From NCBI GenBank assembly GCA_003344405.1, contig NOWV01000117.1, forward strand, positions 186,001-243,479: a stretch of DNA of 57,479 nt, given 5' to 3'. The first letter of the stretch is position 1; every line of letters begins with the position of its first letter. This document shows positions 54,468 through 57,479 of the stretch, piece after piece. The translations under genes were made by a program, and so were the position numbers. Source of the DNA: Trichoplax sp. H2. Lineage: Eukaryota. The notes under the pieces are model-generated. The model had not been told where the DNA came from. It did no database searches and saw only the letters and a list, made by a program, of their open reading frames with translations.

Positions 54468-54939
54468 CCTATGTATAACCTTCAATGATTGTTCTTGCTT
54501 TCTCAAGTTATGGCACCCTGTACGAATTACGCGCAATATTTATGAAAGAGACGTGAAAAATAAAATTTCATCTACTACTTGTAGCACATGTTAATTAAGA
54601 TATTGCTATCGTACATCAATGGGAAAATAGAATGAAATAATTGAATATTTAATTAAGCCAAGAGTATCTTCTAAGGCTTTAGTTTATAAATTTTTCATAA
54701 TAATAAAGGATCATTTCAAGTGGATTAATGCAATGACAGGTAAACGAAAGATATCGCCGTGCATAATAAGCTTGCGTTTAATACATCGTCATGATTCAGT
54801 TAATTACAGTAGTAACAGGAAGTGCGGTAGCACCAGTTGCATCACTGTAGTGTATTTAGATTTCACTGCAATCTTTAACATCTCTACCATCCCTACACAT
54901 TAAAAAGGCACTATAGCCTTACATACCTATAGCTAATTT

Positions 54940-56975
54940 AGATTGCTATAACAAATTAAGAGTCTTGATTTTTGTTATTATTAGCACAGTGAGCTTTGTC
55001 TTATCGATTTATTTTGATTAATTTGTTTTAGTAAAAGGGGAAAATATAAATTATTCCCTAATAGCGTAAACAACAATCGCACAGTTTTGAATTGATATTA
55101 CTGCTGCTATTCAAGCTATTTATAAATGATTTTTTTCTTGCACAGGCATTCCGAGTAAACAAATGTAGTTTTCACAGCCAGAAACATTGATAGGCTACCG
55201 GCTTTTCTATAAGTAATTAACCTATTATTGCAATTGCTATTTATGATATATAGCTTGAATGATACAACTATGAAAGTTAACAGCAATGTTTATCCTATTC
55301 GCGCAACAGCCTATTGTCGTTTCAGTATCAGTCGCTTTAGGATTTTAGTAATTATTTTGTAGTTAAGAGTTAAGTGTGTAGCCTTTAGTACTGTAGTCAA
55401 GATTGGTGTTCAATTTAGCGGCAGGAGTAACTGCAAGTATCGCTTCTCAAAATGTTAACTATCAAATTCCAAATTCTGATGGTAAAGATAAGGATATTAA
55501 GATAAAAATTGTCCAAACAAATACTTAACCCACTAAATAAAACTCTAATTCTTATATTCTATGGCAAAGAGTATTATCTATTTCCTTAATATATTCATCC
55601 AAAAATAATATAAAATAATTAGATACGAGCTAATTTTAGTCAATTTTTTTCATACCATTTTCTGAAGAAACGTATGCATTTTTTCTCGTTGGTATATAAT
55701 TTGCCATTATACACAAGGCCAATTTGCTTAATTTAGATGCTCGACAGAAAAAATTGTAATAACTAGTCTATTATACTGCTGTAAAGTAATATTAATTAAT
55801 ATCGTAATGTGAGTTATTTATTATAAATATCCCCTTTAACAAAAAATTGTGGAATCAGTCAATGCTGTACATTAGATCCCGACAGTATTCATTCGGCATT
55901 AAATCGAGATTTATGATTAATATAAACTACATAAGCCGATCAAATATCAAAATAAACACGTTGATACAAAGTTGAAGTTGAAGTAGAACGGTAAGAATAT
56001 AATAATTCACAGTTACCTTATATATTTGCATTAGTGTTATGAATTTGAAAGGTACAGTTTTCTAGGCTTAATTATATTGTTGAATTTATTTTAAATTTGA
56101 TGCATCGGTTTCTTATTTTATACTAAATAAGTATTTGGATTTAGAATATTTCCATCCTAGGCGAAATCGTAATTTTTACTGAATAGAATATTTTATTTTT
56201 AATTGCTATACCGAATTAAGAGTCTTGATTCCTGTTATTCGTGACACAGTGAGTCTTAGCAATTTATTTAAATTAACTTTTCTAGTAAAAAAGGGAAAAA
56301 TATAAAGAGTTATTAGTAAATAACTTAAACAACAACCATATCGGGTTGAATAGATTCTTTTAAATAAATATTACTGTAGAAAGCCAAGTTATTTATGAAT
56401 GATTCTCCTCTCTTGCACGAGCATTCCTAGTAAGTGAAATTTGCTCGGTATTAATCCGATAGCAAATAAAAATAAAAAAATAGCTTGCATATCCATGACG
56501 TATAGTTTATACGAGTATAATCAGAGGCGTTGATAGACCATACTGGCCCTTTTACGAGCAATCTAATTATTATACTTACTATCTATGATGTCTTATTTAA
56601 ATAAACAATAAAATTATTCGAAAGTAAAGAACCATGTTTGTAATATTCGCGCAACGACCTTTGAGCTGCCGATTCCTTTCGTACCTATTGCTATGTTATA
56701 TATATATATGCTTTAAACTGTTCTGAACTACCGATTCTTTACGCGATCGACCGTAGATATTCTTTCATTTTGCTTTAAAAATTTTTGAATAGTTTTGTTA
56801 TCGAGAGCTCATTGTGTTAATATTAGTAAGTATTACAGCCTAATTTGGTAACAGATGTAACTGGAAATATCGCATCTCAAAATGCTGATTGTAATCAAAT
56901 TTCGATTTCTAATAGTAAGGACAAGTATAATACTAAAATTAAATATTCGCCAATAAATACTGAATGTGCTAAATA
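54940..56975 (+). pseudogene. Two diverged tandem copies (~54940-55540 and ~56200-56975) of a gene-like segment
   Basis: Shared blocks in the same order: TTGCTATA...AATTAAGAGTCTTGATT...CACA|GTGAG; TCTTGCAC..GCATTCC; TATTCGCGCAAC; GTAACTG...TATCGC.TCTCAAAATG. The last block translates in frame in both copies (VTASIASQNVNYQIPNSDGKDK vs VTGNIASQNADCNQISISNSKDK). I could not build a complete gene model. Confidence 0.4.
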
Positions 56976-57479
56976 TGATATAGAGGTTATTTTTTTCTTA
57001 TGATTTAATGTATGAAATTTGTTTGCGAATTTGATAGCATTGCAAATAATTAATATTATAGTCGATCTTATTTTATATTCACTAAACGACGTTTTCAAAT
57101 ATCAGCTTTAATTTATACAGGATTAATAAAAATTGATATATGTCATATTTTACTCTGTCATGAAGACTCTTCAATGTAGAGTTTCTATTAATCGAAGTAA
57201 TGGTTACGTGAGCAATATGACGCTTTTGATATGTTCCGCAGCTACTTTAAAACGTATTATATTTGTCTTATTCTAAAATCTCTTTTCTTTAGGTTGCATG
57301 TGTAGCTTTATTTTCTACATTATCAAAAGCATCAGGTACTTCTATATCTTTAAGCATATTTATTATTTTAGGTTCATATCCACTCATTATATGCTAACTT
57401 TATGAATTATAATGTGATATACATCAAACTCTAATAATTTTGGTTTTGTAAGTAACGCCTATAACAAAAAATATCAGTA

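Noticed and set aside
1448-57098. Remaining 60-110 aa ORFs overlapping, antisense to, or between the modelled exons (e.g. 1448-1681, 7501-7785, 32605-32802, 43064-43297, 53566-53895, 56895-57098)
   Set aside because: Low-complexity I/L/F/Y/N/K composition typical of AT-rich non-coding DNA or shadow frames, with no domain motifs.

Overview
AT-rich, intron-dense eukaryotic (animal) DNA, most likely placozoan (Trichoplax-like). The organism is an inference from the short GT-AG introns, the gene content and the abundant ACAGT pentamer. By reading splice sites and phases I can build five multi-exon genes. (1) An adhesion GPCR (+, 860-9099, 5' end unresolved) with an IgGFc-binding N-terminal domain, GAIN domain, a GPS lacking the His-Leu|Thr/Ser cleavage triad, and a family-2 7TM. 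(2) An anoctamin/TMEM16 (-, 10988-19138, about 27 exons, one GC-AG intron). (3) An Aa_trans/AAAP amino-acid transporter (+, 21695-23854). (4) A calcium-responsive transcription factor, CaRF (-, 28507-31122). (5) A 22-exon, 1185-aa predicted secreted protein, SP-[D8C-EGF-EGF-EGF]x3-[D8C-EGF-EGF]-fibrinogen-like domain, with no ZP or TM segment (+, 45063-53813). Non-coding features include two ~95% identical 292/293-bp TG...CA LTR-like copies flanking gene 5 (one a solo LTR with a perfect CCTAT target-site duplication), a dispersed repeat starting TTAA|CC, palindromic (TACAG/CTGTA)n arrays in the divergent anoctamin/transporter intergenic region, several long hairpins, and a degenerate duplicated gene-like segment at the right end. 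I saw no rRNA, tRNA or CRISPR array.
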